NCBI GenBank assembly: GCA_027491735.1 | Contig: JAOZGP010000017.1 | Location: forward strand, 1 to 52,271 | Direction of reading: 5' to 3' | DNA from: Thermoproteota archaeon | GTDB taxonomy: Archaea; Korarchaeota; Korarchaeia; Korarchaeales; Korarchaeaceae | DNA length: 52,271 nucleotides | In this document: one piece after another, positions 38,061-47,004 of the stretch | Layout of the letters: every line of letters starts with the position of its first letter | Position numbering within the stretch: the stretch's first letter is position 1 | The notes under the pieces: model-generated | Databases searched by the model: none | The model's input: only the letters and a program-made list of their open reading frames with translations | What the model was told of the DNA's origin: nothing | Position numbers and translations under genes: made by a program

Positions 38061-38650
38061 CCGTCAACACCCGCCCAATTTTTGAAGAGATTCCATATAT
38101 CTTGGAAGACCTCCTCAATAGATCTGTTCCCATCGACCACGAAAGCCCCGTATCGATCAGCTAGATCTAGAAAAATTGATTTTATTTTTATGAGATCTTT
38201 CCTGTTCTCAAACCTCTCTCGTGGCCTGTTGGATATCCTTCTAAGGGCTACGTCCACGTCAACATCTATTATTATCGCTAGATCGGGAGATATGGCCCTG
38301 CTATTTATGGAGGCAACCCACTCTAAGGGAAGTCTGCTTCCCTGGTATGCCAACGATGATAGGACGTACCTGTCAGATACCACAAACGAATCCTTGAGGT
38401 GATCCCTAAGCGACTCCATGTGATGGAGCCTATCCGCTGCAAACAGGAGAGCAAGAACGTCTTCCTCAGCGGAGATTTCCCCCTTAAGGATCTTTCTGAT
38501 CAGCAGCCCTATAGGTCCGTCTGATGGCTCTCTGGTGAGCACAGCTTTAAGACCCAATCCTTTTATTCGATTGACTAATATCCTCGACTGAGTGGTCGTA
38601 CCTGCACCATCTATTCCCTCCAGCACTATAAGCCCTGATCTCCTGGTCAG
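38057..38650 (-). CDS. tmk: Thymidylate kinase
   Basis: LEGIDGAGTTTQ, TREP, LFAADR, SDRY..SSLAYQ, PDL; probable CTG start at 38650 (ORF track uses GTG 38626). Confidence 0.92.
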   Translation of the reverse strand: MTRRSGLIVLEGIDGAGTTTQSRILVNRIKGLGLKAVLTREPSDGPIGLLIRKILKGEISAEEDVLALLFAADRLHHMESLRDHLKDSFVVSDRYVLSSLAYQGSRLPLEWVASINSRAISPDLAIIIDVDVDVALRRISNRPRERFENRKDLIKIKSIFLDLADRYGAFVVDGNRSIEEVFQDIWNLFKNWAGVDG

Positions 38651-38707
38651 CCCTTGACACCCTCCAAGCAGACCTCAAAAAGCTAAAAAATAAAACTATC
38701 AGGAGAG

Positions 38708-39631
38708 ATGTTGCCTATGCTTATCATCGGACCGAGGGATGAATTTAACTTGAGACTTTCGGAGCTTACCGGTTTTGATCTCGTTGAGCTGGAGGAGCGA
38801 GTTTTCCCTGACGGAGAGATTTGTCCTCGGGTCATCCTAAATGGGAGAGATCTGGAAGGAGAGGAGGTTCTGCTATCGATCAGGATGAGCTCTGGCGGAA
38901 GTAATCCCAACTCTTACCTCGTTGAAGTGCTGCTGACAGCAATAAACCTCAAGAGGGAGCTAGGGGTTCATAGAATCGTGGCTTTTCTTCCCTACTTTCC
39001 ATATGCCAGACAGGACGAGATCTTCAGGAAAGGAGAACCATTCAGCTCGAAGTATGTGGCAGAGCTCCTGGAGAGCTCTGGAGTCGACGAGATTATAAGC
39101 GTCACCGTCCATCTCCACAGACTGAAATCGTTTCAGGATCTGTTCGCTAGGGAGGTGAGAGCGATCAACATCTCAGGATTTGAGAGTTTGGCGAGATATC
39201 TCTTGAAGAAGAACCTCGACTCCCCCTTCATACTGGCTCCTGACACGGAGGGAATTCATTGGGCTAGGGAGCTGGCGAAGTTCATGGATGTAGCTGAATT
39301 TGAATCATTTGAGAAGGAGAGAGACCTCGCTACGGGAGAGATAAGGACAAAGGTCAAGAAGCTGAACCTTAATGGTAGGAATGTAATAGTTGTGGACGAT
39401 ATGGTGTCCACGGGAGGAACCATGGCCAACGCCGTGAGGGAAGCAAAGAGAATGGGTGCCAAAAGGATCGTCTCGGCTTTTGTTCATCCAGTTCTGGTAA
39501 AAGGAGCTCTGGATAGGATATTGGGTGCTGGTGCGGATGATATCGTTGCCACCGACACACTGAGATGGGTTGGATCCAAGGTCTCAGTAACCGATGAGGT
39601 TAGCAGATACTTAAGAGGGGCCCTATATTGA
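38708..39631 (+). CDS. prs: Ribose-phosphate pyrophosphokinase
   Basis: FPDGE, PYFPYARQD, HLH, APD, VDDMVSTGGT, HPV. Confidence 0.95.
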   Translation: MLPMLIIGPRDEFNLRLSELTGFDLVELEERVFPDGEICPRVILNGRDLEGEEVLLSIRMSSGGSNPNSYLVEVLLTAINLKRELGVHRIVAFLPYFPYARQDEIFRKGEPFSSKYVAELLESSGVDEIISVTVHLHRLKSFQDLFAREVRAINISGFESLARYLLKKNLDSPFILAPDTEGIHWARELAKFMDVAEFESFEKERDLATGEIRTKVKKLNLNGRNVIVVDDMVSTGGTMANAVREAKRMGAKRIVSAFVHPVLVKGALDRILGAGADDIVATDTLRWVGSKVSVTDEVSRYLRGALY

Positions 39632-39972
39632 ATTCTCTCTCCCTGGCAATACCGATCACCTTGGCTTCGGCCATGTTGATCCTCATCGTCGCTGCAGAGC
39701 TTTTTGAGCCGTTGCTTATAGTTGGAGCAGTGGTTGTGTTGCTGGCTACGATATCTCTAGCTGTGGACTCAATTAAGGGAAGAAGATATGCTCTTGTTGG
39801 AATAGCGCTGGAGTCCCTGGGTTTCTTTGTGGTTGGGGTCATAATATCTCCGGTCTCCCTGATGTTAGGAGCTGTCTTCACGATAATGGGAGCTGTTGGA
39901 GCATCTCTTGTCTCCGTTGAGATAAAGAAGAGCAAAGAGAAGAGGAAAAATGGATCAAATAGTTTTTCTTAA
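39628..39972 (+). CDS. Small hypothetical membrane protein (about 4 TM)
   Basis: Hydrophobic 114 aa with basic C-terminal tail; TTGA coupling to prs. Confidence 0.65.
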   Translation: MNSLSLAIPITLASAMLILIVAAELFEPLLIVGAVVVLLATISLAVDSIKGRRYALVGIALESLGFFVVGVIISPVSLMLGAVFTIMGAVGASLVSVEIKKSKEKRKNGSNSFS

Positions 39973-40043
39973 CCCTTTCTTAACCCTTCTCCTCTCGATT
40001 TTACAAAATATCACTAAGAAGTCCTGATCTTTGGAGCGGGGAT

Positions 40044-40642
40044 GAATTAGGGGAGGTGGGTGGGGGGTTGGTAGGAGATAATTGACTTTCTATACTCAAA
40101 AACTGCATGAAGGACTGTGGGGATAACAAAGGCAATCAGGTGCAAGCCATCGGACCGACAAAGCGAAAGCTATTGCTCAACGAAAAATACGACAACTTCC
40201 AGCACTACTTAAAGACTGGAGAAGACAGAGGATTCTATTCTGCCACAAAGCAATAGGGAAAGAGAACGTGCAGGAAAGTTGACCAGCAAAGAGTATCCTC
40301 TTGTCATCAGAAAGGGTTTGATGGGCATTCGCAAAACAAACAACAGATTTGCAAAATACTGAGCTCGCATTCTCGTTTATGGTGTTAGAGGCGGTGTTTA
40401 TGCTGCGGTTCGATGAATACTGAAAGACAGCATCAAGGAGTTTTCATCTACAAAGGAGTGGATATGCCGTCAATGCGGGACATCAACAGTGCTGAAAGCA
40501 TACTGAAACGAGCCATTGGACTATGTGCTCATGGTAAGAAGGTGTAGCGACCCAACTCGGAGAGGGAGCAGTTTGCGCTGTATGTCCCAACTTCCGTTAG
40601 GCTTCCGGTGGAGTCCCCTGTCTAAAGACGGGAGAAGATCAC
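40044..40642 (+). mobile_element. tnpB: Internally deleted IS200/IS605-family (tnpB-only) element
   Basis: Frameshifted TnpB N-terminus (ITKAIRCK..PTKRKL..YDNFQHYL..FYSATKQ..KEYPLVIRK..Y*ARI.VYGVRGG) joined to a C-terminal piece (QGVFI..GYAVNA.DINSAESILKRA). Right-end hairpin CCTGTC-TAAA-GACGGG and terminal TCAC at 40639-40642. Confidence 0.85.
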
Positions 40643-41544
40643 TCTCTTCTGTAGGGTTTGCCAATAGCCGCGGGTGCCCTGGTCTTCGTGAAGAACCCTG
40701 CAGCCACGAGAAGGGTTGCTGCATAGGGGAGGGACCAGACCAGCTGATCCGGTATTATCCCACTTGGTATTGTCAGAGAAAGGGCAAAGAAGAACCCAAA
40801 GAGAAGACCACTTAGTATTGCTAGGATCGGGTTCCACTTGGAGAAGACCACCATGGCCAGAGCTATGAAGCCTCTACCAGCGCTTATATCTCTGGTGTAT
40901 GAAGCTAACCAGTCGAGTCCCAGAAAGGTCCCTCCTAGAGCGGCGAAGACCGCGCCGATTACGGTAGCCACGAACCTAGTTCTGAATACGTTTATTCCAG
41001 CAGCATCAGCAGCCTTGGGGTTCTCACCAACTGCTTTCAGTCTCAACCCTATCGACGTCCTTTCCAACAAATACCAAGCGGTTACCCCGCTCATAAAGGT
41101 TAGCACGACGAAGGGACTTATCCCGTGAAGATCCGGAACACGAGCTGAATCAGGTATCAGGGGGCTATTCGCGAAGGTTCCCCAGCTCAGATAGAGGGTT
41201 ATCACGCCAAGACCATAGGCGAAGACATTGACGCCGACACCCACTATTATTTGATCTCCCCCGAGGTAAACGCTTATGATTCCATGAAGTATTCCGACGC
41301 AGACACCAGCTAAAATTCCCGCTAGGAGTGCCAATAATAGGCTGCCCGTGAAGTATCCCACGTAGACGGAAGCCAGAGCGCCGAGCATTATTATTCCCTC
41401 AAGCCCTATGTTCACCACTCCAGATCTCTCCGTTATTATTTCGCCTATCGCCGGTAGAGTTATGGGCACCATTAATCTCAGCGTGCCCAGGTACAGGGGA
41501 GCCTGAAGAAGTATGAAGAGCATGCTCGTATCCATTAGCCTCAC
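40639..41544 (-). CDS. ABC transporter permease (BMP/nucleoside-type)
   Basis: GEIITERSGVVNIGLEG, GLRLKAVGENP.AA, GRGFIALA, LPY, APAAIGKPY. Confidence 0.93.
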   Translation of the reverse strand: MRLMDTSMLFILLQAPLYLGTLRLMVPITLPAIGEIITERSGVVNIGLEGIIMLGALASVYVGYFTGSLLLALLAGILAGVCVGILHGIISVYLGGDQIIVGVGVNVFAYGLGVITLYLSWGTFANSPLIPDSARVPDLHGISPFVVLTFMSGVTAWYLLERTSIGLRLKAVGENPKAADAAGINVFRTRFVATVIGAVFAALGGTFLGLDWLASYTRDISAGRGFIALAMVVFSKWNPILAILSGLLFGFFFALSLTIPSGIIPDQLVWSLPYAATLLVAAGFFTKTRAPAAIGKPYRRE

Positions 41545-42614
41545 ACCTCCCTCCTTCCTCGGAGCCTCCGAATCAGATCGAGCATCTCGGGTATTGAGAT
41601 GAATATTATTATGATTCCCTGTACTACAAGTCCCAGCTCCAGAGGAACGCCCGTCCTTCCTCCCACAGACGTGCTGCGCTGAACTGCCTGTATTCCGGTC
41701 TTCAACATGGCAAAAAATATGCTGGATAGGATTATCCCTATGGGATGGTTTCTTCCAACCAGAGAAACAGCGATTCCATCAAAACCCATGTTCCTCACTA
41801 TGCTCAGCCCTGTATCTGTATAGTAGAAACGGCCCATTACCTCGAAGGCCCCTGCCAAGGCAGCTGTTGCACCACTGAGAAACATGGAGGTTATCATGGT
41901 CCTCTTGACATCTATCCCTCCGTATCTAGCAGCGGAGGGATTAAGCCCAACTGCTCTTATCTCGTATCCAAGAGGAGTTCTCCATAGGAGAATGTAGAGA
42001 GCCATGGCCGTGGCTATCGAAAGAAGAAATGCCAAGGAGAGATCTGTCCCAGGAACCATAAGGGGAAGCTCGGCTGAGGGAAGTATGCTCTTTGTCTTAT
42101 ACGCCTGCAGTGGATCATAGAAGACATAGGTCGCCAGGTAATTTACCAGGTAAAGAGCGAGAAAGTTCATCATTATAGTGGAGACTACCTCATTGACACC
42201 CCTCGAAACTCTGAGCCACCCGGCAACAGCACCCCATAGACCTCCTAGGAGTATGGCTAACGTTATTATGCAGAGCTGATGCATGACTGAAGGGAGCGCT
42301 ATGAAGGCCCCGATAGAAACAGCTGCCAGGACGCCGAAGTACATCTGACCCTCAGCACCTATGTTGAACAGGGACGCTCTGGCAGCTATTGCAAAGCTCA
42401 GAGCTGTCAGTATCAGAGGAGTTGAGTAGCTCAGGGTGTTGAGTGTTGAATAGATATCTCCAAAAGCCCCTGCTATGAGGGCCTCATAGAACAGTATTGG
42501 ATTGAAACCCGCAGCCCAGATTATTATCCCTCCTGCCAAAAAACCGGCGAGAAGGGATAACGATGACTCTACTACAGGCCTGAGATGGTTCCTTAGATCA
42601 TCGCAAGTCCTCAT
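41541..42614 (-). CDS. ABC transporter permease (BMP/nucleoside-type)
   Basis: FNIGAEGQ, NEVVSTIMMN, GYEIRAVGLNP.AA, GFDGIAVSL.G..HP.G. Confidence 0.93.
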   Translation of the reverse strand: MRTCDDLRNHLRPVVESSLSLLAGFLAGGIIIWAAGFNPILFYEALIAGAFGDIYSTLNTLSYSTPLILTALSFAIAARASLFNIGAEGQMYFGVLAAVSIGAFIALPSVMHQLCIITLAILLGGLWGAVAGWLRVSRGVNEVVSTIMMNFLALYLVNYLATYVFYDPLQAYKTKSILPSAELPLMVPGTDLSLAFLLSIATAMALYILLWRTPLGYEIRAVGLNPSAARYGGIDVKRTMITSMFLSGATAALAGAFEVMGRFYYTDTGLSIVRNMGFDGIAVSLVGRNHPIGIILSSIFFAMLKTGIQAVQRSTSVGGRTGVPLELGLVVQGIIIIFISIPEMLDLIRRLRGRREV

Positions 42615-44143
42615 GAGATCGCCTCCAGACGAAGCCCACCCATCATGAGGCCTATTCTCTCCCGATTGATCTCGGATGGATGGACGAGCCCCATGAACTC
42701 TCCCTCGTACATCACAGCAACCCTGTCGGAGAGGGAGAGCACTTCATCCAGATCCGCTGAAACCAACAGAACAGCCTTACCCTTGTTTCTCATCCTGATG
42801 AGGATCTTTCTTATGTACTCCGTGGCGGCCACATCGAGACCCCTAGTCGGCTGAGATGCGATCACCACGCTTGGCTCCTTGCTAAGTTCTCTTCCGACTA
42901 TAAGCTTCTGCTGATTTCCTCCACTCAAGCTTTTGGCCGGAAAATCGGATCCCGGAGCCTCTACTGTGAAGTTTTTTATTATCGATTCAGTCCACTCCCG
43001 AATTCTCGGCTCATCGAGCATGCCATATCTAGAGACGAATCTTTTGCTCCTGTGAACCCCGAGTATGGCATTCTCCTTGAGAGAGAACTCGAGGATTATT
43101 CCCCATTTGTGCCTGTCCTCGGGTATATGCCCAAGGCCCAGTGCATAGAGCTCCATTGGATTGAGACCTATGACCCTCTTGGATCTTATGTAAACGTCAC
43201 CTTTCTCTGGAGGCCTCAGACCGCAGATCGCCTCAACGAGTTCACTCTGACCGTTCCCCTCAACTCCAGCTATGCCGAATATCTCGCCTGATCTCACCGA
43301 GAATGACACGCCCTTGACGGCATAACCTCCACGATCGTTTCTGACCCAGAGGTCCTTTATTCTTAGGTAATCCTCCCGAGGAGAAACCTCCTCAGATTTT
43401 TCTACACCTGTCAGCTTCCTGCCAATCATCATTGTAGCAAGCTCTTCCATGGAAACGTCCCTCGTCCTTCTTACCCCCACAACGAGACCTTTTCTCAGTA
43501 CAGTGACTCTGTCGGTTATCGCCTTCACCTCCTTCAGCTTGTGTGTTATGAATATGACAGTTTTCCCCTCTTCCCTTATCCTTCTGAGAAAAGAGAACAG
43601 CTCCTCAACCTCAATAGGTGTGAGAACGGCTGTTGGCTCATCTAAGATAAGTATATCTGCCTCTCTGTAGAGCATCTTCAGTATCTCTATCCTCTGACGT
43701 ACACCGACAGGAAGAGTCTCTACCGGAGCATCGAGGTCAACTTTTAAGGCCACTCTCTCCATGAGCTCCATCACTCTTCTCTCGGCCTCTTTTCTATCTA
43801 TCAGAAACCCCTTCTTTCTGGGCTCAGCACCGAGTATTATGTTATCGAGGGCTGTGAAGACGGGTACCAGCATGAAATGCTGATGCACCATCCCTATACC
43901 CAGCCTCATGGCATCGTTAGGACTTGTAACCCTAACCTGTCTGCCCTTAATGAAGATCCTGCCAGAAGTTAAAGGAACTATTCCATAGAGTATGCTCATC
44001 AGAGTTGTCTTGCCGGCTCCGTTTTCACCTAGAAGTCCATGTATCTCTCCAGGGAGAACCTCAAAGGTCACTCCCCTGAGGGCAACGGTGCCGTCCGGGT
44101 AGATCTTTTTTATGCCCTCCATCCTTATTATCGGCTCTGACAT
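42611..44143 (-). CDS. ABC transporter ATP-binding protein (tandem domains, CUT2/nucleoside-type)
   Basis: GENGAGKT, GMVHQHF, LDEPTAVL, GVEGNGQ, LSGGNQQK, QPTRGLD. Confidence 0.95.
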   Translation of the reverse strand: MSEPIIRMEGIKKIYPDGTVALRGVTFEVLPGEIHGLLGENGAGKTTLMSILYGIVPLTSGRIFIKGRQVRVTSPNDAMRLGIGMVHQHFMLVPVFTALDNIILGAEPRKKGFLIDRKEAERRVMELMERVALKVDLDAPVETLPVGVRQRIEILKMLYREADILILDEPTAVLTPIEVEELFSFLRRIREEGKTVIFITHKLKEVKAITDRVTVLRKGLVVGVRRTRDVSMEELATMMIGRKLTGVEKSEEVSPREDYLRIKDLWVRNDRGGYAVKGVSFSVRSGEIFGIAGVEGNGQSELVEAICGLRPPEKGDVYIRSKRVIGLNPMELYALGLGHIPEDRHKWGIILEFSLKENAILGVHRSKRFVSRYGMLDEPRIREWTESIIKNFTVEAPGSDFPAKSLSGGNQQKLIVGRELSKEPSVVIASQPTRGLDVAATEYIRKILIRMRNKGKAVLLVSADLDEVLSLSDRVAVMYEGEFMGLVHPSEINRERIGLMMGGLRLEAIS

Positions 44144-44185
44144 CCTTCGATCACTTTCCCCTAAAGGTTAAAAAAATGAGAGGGA

Positions 44186-45388
44186 TCAGGCCCCGGTCGC
44201 TCCATACTTCTCTCTTATCTTCTTTATCTTTTCAGGAGTGTTTGCCGTCGGAACCTTTATTTCACCGCTCTTGATCTTCTGCTCGAGCTCTTTGAGGTCC
44301 TTCCACACCCAGTCAGGTATGGAGGCCCTCATCTCCTTGTATTTCTTCACTATGTTCTCGGGAGTGTCAGGGAGTTTGGCACCCAACTCTTTGGCTATCT
44401 CTATGAACTGCTCCAGATCCTTCTCGTCGCTCATCTTAACTCCTCCTTCCTTGAGACCAAGCGCCATGACACCTCCAGTGAAGTTACCGTAAACCACGTC
44501 CCTTATGCTGTAGAACACACCGTTGTCAACTCTCTTCATCATGCTAGCGATTATGTACCCGGGATGAATCCAGTCCTGATCGGAGTCGACTCCTATAGCG
44601 AACGGTGGACCCATCTCAAGCTTTTTGTTTTTATCGTACTCGTAGACAGCATCAAGCATTCCCTTGCCAGTTAAACCAGCGACGTTGTACAGAACATCAG
44701 CTCCCTGAGCGAGCATCCCCTCAGCAACCTGTTTTCCTAAAGCAGCATCCGTGAACGAGCCTGTATACTTGTAGGTTATCTTTACATCCTTGCCTGTTAT
44801 GTTGTGAGCGTAGTTAACTCCCCAGTAGAAGCCGGCCTCGAAGTGATAGAGAACAGGTATCTCCATCCCTAAAACCACGCCAACCTTATTTGTCTTCGTT
44901 ACAAATCCCGCCAGGGCACCCACTAACGCAGATCCCTCATTCTCCTTGAACACTACTGATCTCACATTTGGCAGATCGACTACAGAGTCTATTATGGCGT
45001 ACTTCTGGTTGGGGTACTCAGCAGCGACCTTCTTGAGGTCGTTGGTCATAAGGAATCCGACACAAATTATCAGGTCATACTTACCGGATTTTGACAGAGA
45101 CTCCAGGTTAGGTCGATAGTCAGCAGGAGTACGAGATTGGACATAGGTTACCTCAACATTAAGTTCTTTTTTAGCTCTTTCAGCACCCAACCAAGCCATA
45201 TCGTTAAAGCTGAGATCCCCCCTTCCCCCTATGTCAAATATGACAGCTACTCGAACCTTTTTCTTAGGGGTTTGGATCGGCTGTTGGGGCTGAACCTTGG
45301 ATGGTTTCTTCAGCGTGATAGCAAGGGCAGCCACAGCCACTATTGCCAGCACAACCAAAACAACAGCCACAGTCTTTCCAGACGCCAT
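44186..45388 (-). CDS. BMP-family ABC substrate-binding protein (nucleoside-type)
   Basis: N-terminal anchor, GGRGDLSFND, FKENEGS, AGLTGKG, IGVDSDQ, SMMKRVD. Confidence 0.93.
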   Translation of the reverse strand: MASGKTVAVVLVVLAIVAVAALAITLKKPSKVQPQQPIQTPKKKVRVAVIFDIGGRGDLSFNDMAWLGAERAKKELNVEVTYVQSRTPADYRPNLESLSKSGKYDLIICVGFLMTNDLKKVAAEYPNQKYAIIDSVVDLPNVRSVVFKENEGSALVGALAGFVTKTNKVGVVLGMEIPVLYHFEAGFYWGVNYAHNITGKDVKITYKYTGSFTDAALGKQVAEGMLAQGADVLYNVAGLTGKGMLDAVYEYDKNKKLEMGPPFAIGVDSDQDWIHPGYIIASMMKRVDNGVFYSIRDVVYGNFTGGVMALGLKEGGVKMSDEKDLEQFIEIAKELGAKLPDTPENIVKKYKEMRASIPDWVWKDLKELEQKIKSGEIKVPTANTPEKIKKIREKYGATGA

Positions 45389-45506
45389 ATCTATCCCCTT
45401 GTTTGAATTGTGGAAGGTTGATGAGAAACTTCTTATTCTTTTCGACAGACCATTTCCTTCAGCCGCTGACCTTTCATAGATGAAACATGGAGGTTATCTC
45501 CATAGC

Positions 45507-46952
45507 TCAGGAAAAGAACTTGTTGGTGATCTCCCTCAAGGAAACAAGCATCACATCGACGCCTCTCATCGATCTCAGGTACTTAGCTGCCTTGGGGGAG
45601 TTAGTGGCCACCTTTCTGAATCCCATGCGCTCTAACGGACATACGACCATGCAGGTATCCGCGTATACCTCAACTCCTGCCGTCTTCAGGATCCTCAGAT
45701 GTCCTGACCTTCGAAACGCTGTGAGCAGAGTCCTTGAGGTGAATATCCACGTTCTCACGAGAGCTCTTTTCCCTTGAACCATTTTCATGAATTCAAGAAG
45801 TTCCTCAGCTGAGAAATGTGGACATCCGAGAGCTAATAGGTCAGGAGATGAATTAAAGGTGCTTAAATCTTCTCTTAACGAGAGGATCTCTCTTTTACCC
45901 ACAGGCAACGTAGATGTGGTATCGTATCTCTCATAAAGTTGAGCCTCAGGAGTTACTCCTTTAACATGAAAGAGCTCTATTCCTCCAGAGGCCGCTCCTC
46001 CAGCGCTCAGAGCTTTTAGTTCCGAAAGTTTCATCTTATTTATCCCCGAAATCAGAGGGACAGCATCGGGAAATTCCCTACCTATTAAAAAGCCGAGAAG
46101 ACCGAACTCCATAGGGCCGGAGAGGTTACATTTCAGCACTACTTTGAGAGTCGGTTGTCTGTTTCTCTCCAGATGTTTCCCGTAGAGAGGGATACATCCG
46201 CAAGCAGCCGCCACCATTCCCTTGACGCTTCCCTCCCTGTTGGTCCTAGCACCTAGCACGCTGTTGGCGAAGGCAACCGCACTTGACTCCCCCCAACACA
46301 CATGTTCCCCGAAGAGAGGCAGATTTCCAGAGAGATAGGGGGTGCAGGTCAGTGTCGGAATTGCCCCCATCTCTGTAAGAAGCGATACAATCTCCAACTG
46401 TTTTTCAGCGAAGGATCCAGGAACCCCCATATCCCTCCATCTCTCAAGATCCATCCCAGCAGGATTTGTGGTTGTCAGGGTTTGAAAGTGGACTCCTGAA
46501 CTGTGGATCTCTCTGAGAAACTCTAGCCCTGCCTTCCCTATCGTGGCATAGGATATGCCGGACAGGTGAACAGACCTCACAGGAATGAATTCCTCAGCTT
46601 CTGTCATCTCAGCTTCCTTTTCGAGATATCTCACAAACCTCTCAGGAACTCCCTTGATACGCAGTTTGTACTTGGTTCCTCTACTGCCTGAGAGCTCCAC
46701 TTCTATTCCAGCTAAAACTGCTCCTATTGTCACACTATCTGGTCCCGTCAGAACTATTTTTCTGGGAGCTGATCCGTTTTTGACGAGCTTGAAGAATGTA
46801 TATGCTCCAACTGTTGACCCTATGGACCCAGGAACAACTACAGTCTTTCCGGTTATGGAGATACCCTTCTGTGGATGATTTTTCTGTTTTATCACGCCTG
46901 TCGAAGTATCCACACCATCTAACCAGGATATGGGCTTTTCCAGCTTTAGCAT
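45507..46952 (-). CDS. Aconitase X fusion (DUF126 swivel + DUF521 catalytic), phosphomevalonate dehydratase-like
   Basis: N-terminal PISWLDGVD..TG..HP..GSTVG (small subunit) in one frame with HLSGISYATIG, TTNP, TCTPY, ESSA..FANSVLGARTNRE, GCPH, DTC (large subunit); likely start ATG 46952. Confidence 0.88.
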   Translation of the reverse strand: MLKLEKPISWLDGVDTSTGVIKQKNHPQKGISITGKTVVVPGSIGSTVGAYTFFKLVKNGSAPRKIVLTGPDSVTIGAVLAGIEVELSGSRGTKYKLRIKGVPERFVRYLEKEAEMTEAEEFIPVRSVHLSGISYATIGKAGLEFLREIHSSGVHFQTLTTTNPAGMDLERWRDMGVPGSFAEKQLEIVSLLTEMGAIPTLTCTPYLSGNLPLFGEHVCWGESSAVAFANSVLGARTNREGSVKGMVAAACGCIPLYGKHLERNRQPTLKVVLKCNLSGPMEFGLLGFLIGREFPDAVPLISGINKMKLSELKALSAGGAASGGIELFHVKGVTPEAQLYERYDTTSTLPVGKREILSLREDLSTFNSSPDLLALGCPHFSAEELLEFMKMVQGKRALVRTWIFTSRTLLTAFRRSGHLRILKTAGVEVYADTCMVVCPLERMGFRKVATNSPKAAKYLRSMRGVDVMLVSLREITNKFFS

Positions 46953-47004
46953 CAAGAGGAGTTCTCGAAGAAATGATTTAAGGTGTACGCCTGAATTTGA
47001 TTTG

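Noticed and set aside
38585-38626. Tmk P-loop GAGTTT lacking the usual Lys, suggesting a pseudogene
   Set aside because: All other motifs and the frame are intact, and GxGTTTQ is a natural variant I recall in other thymidylate kinases.
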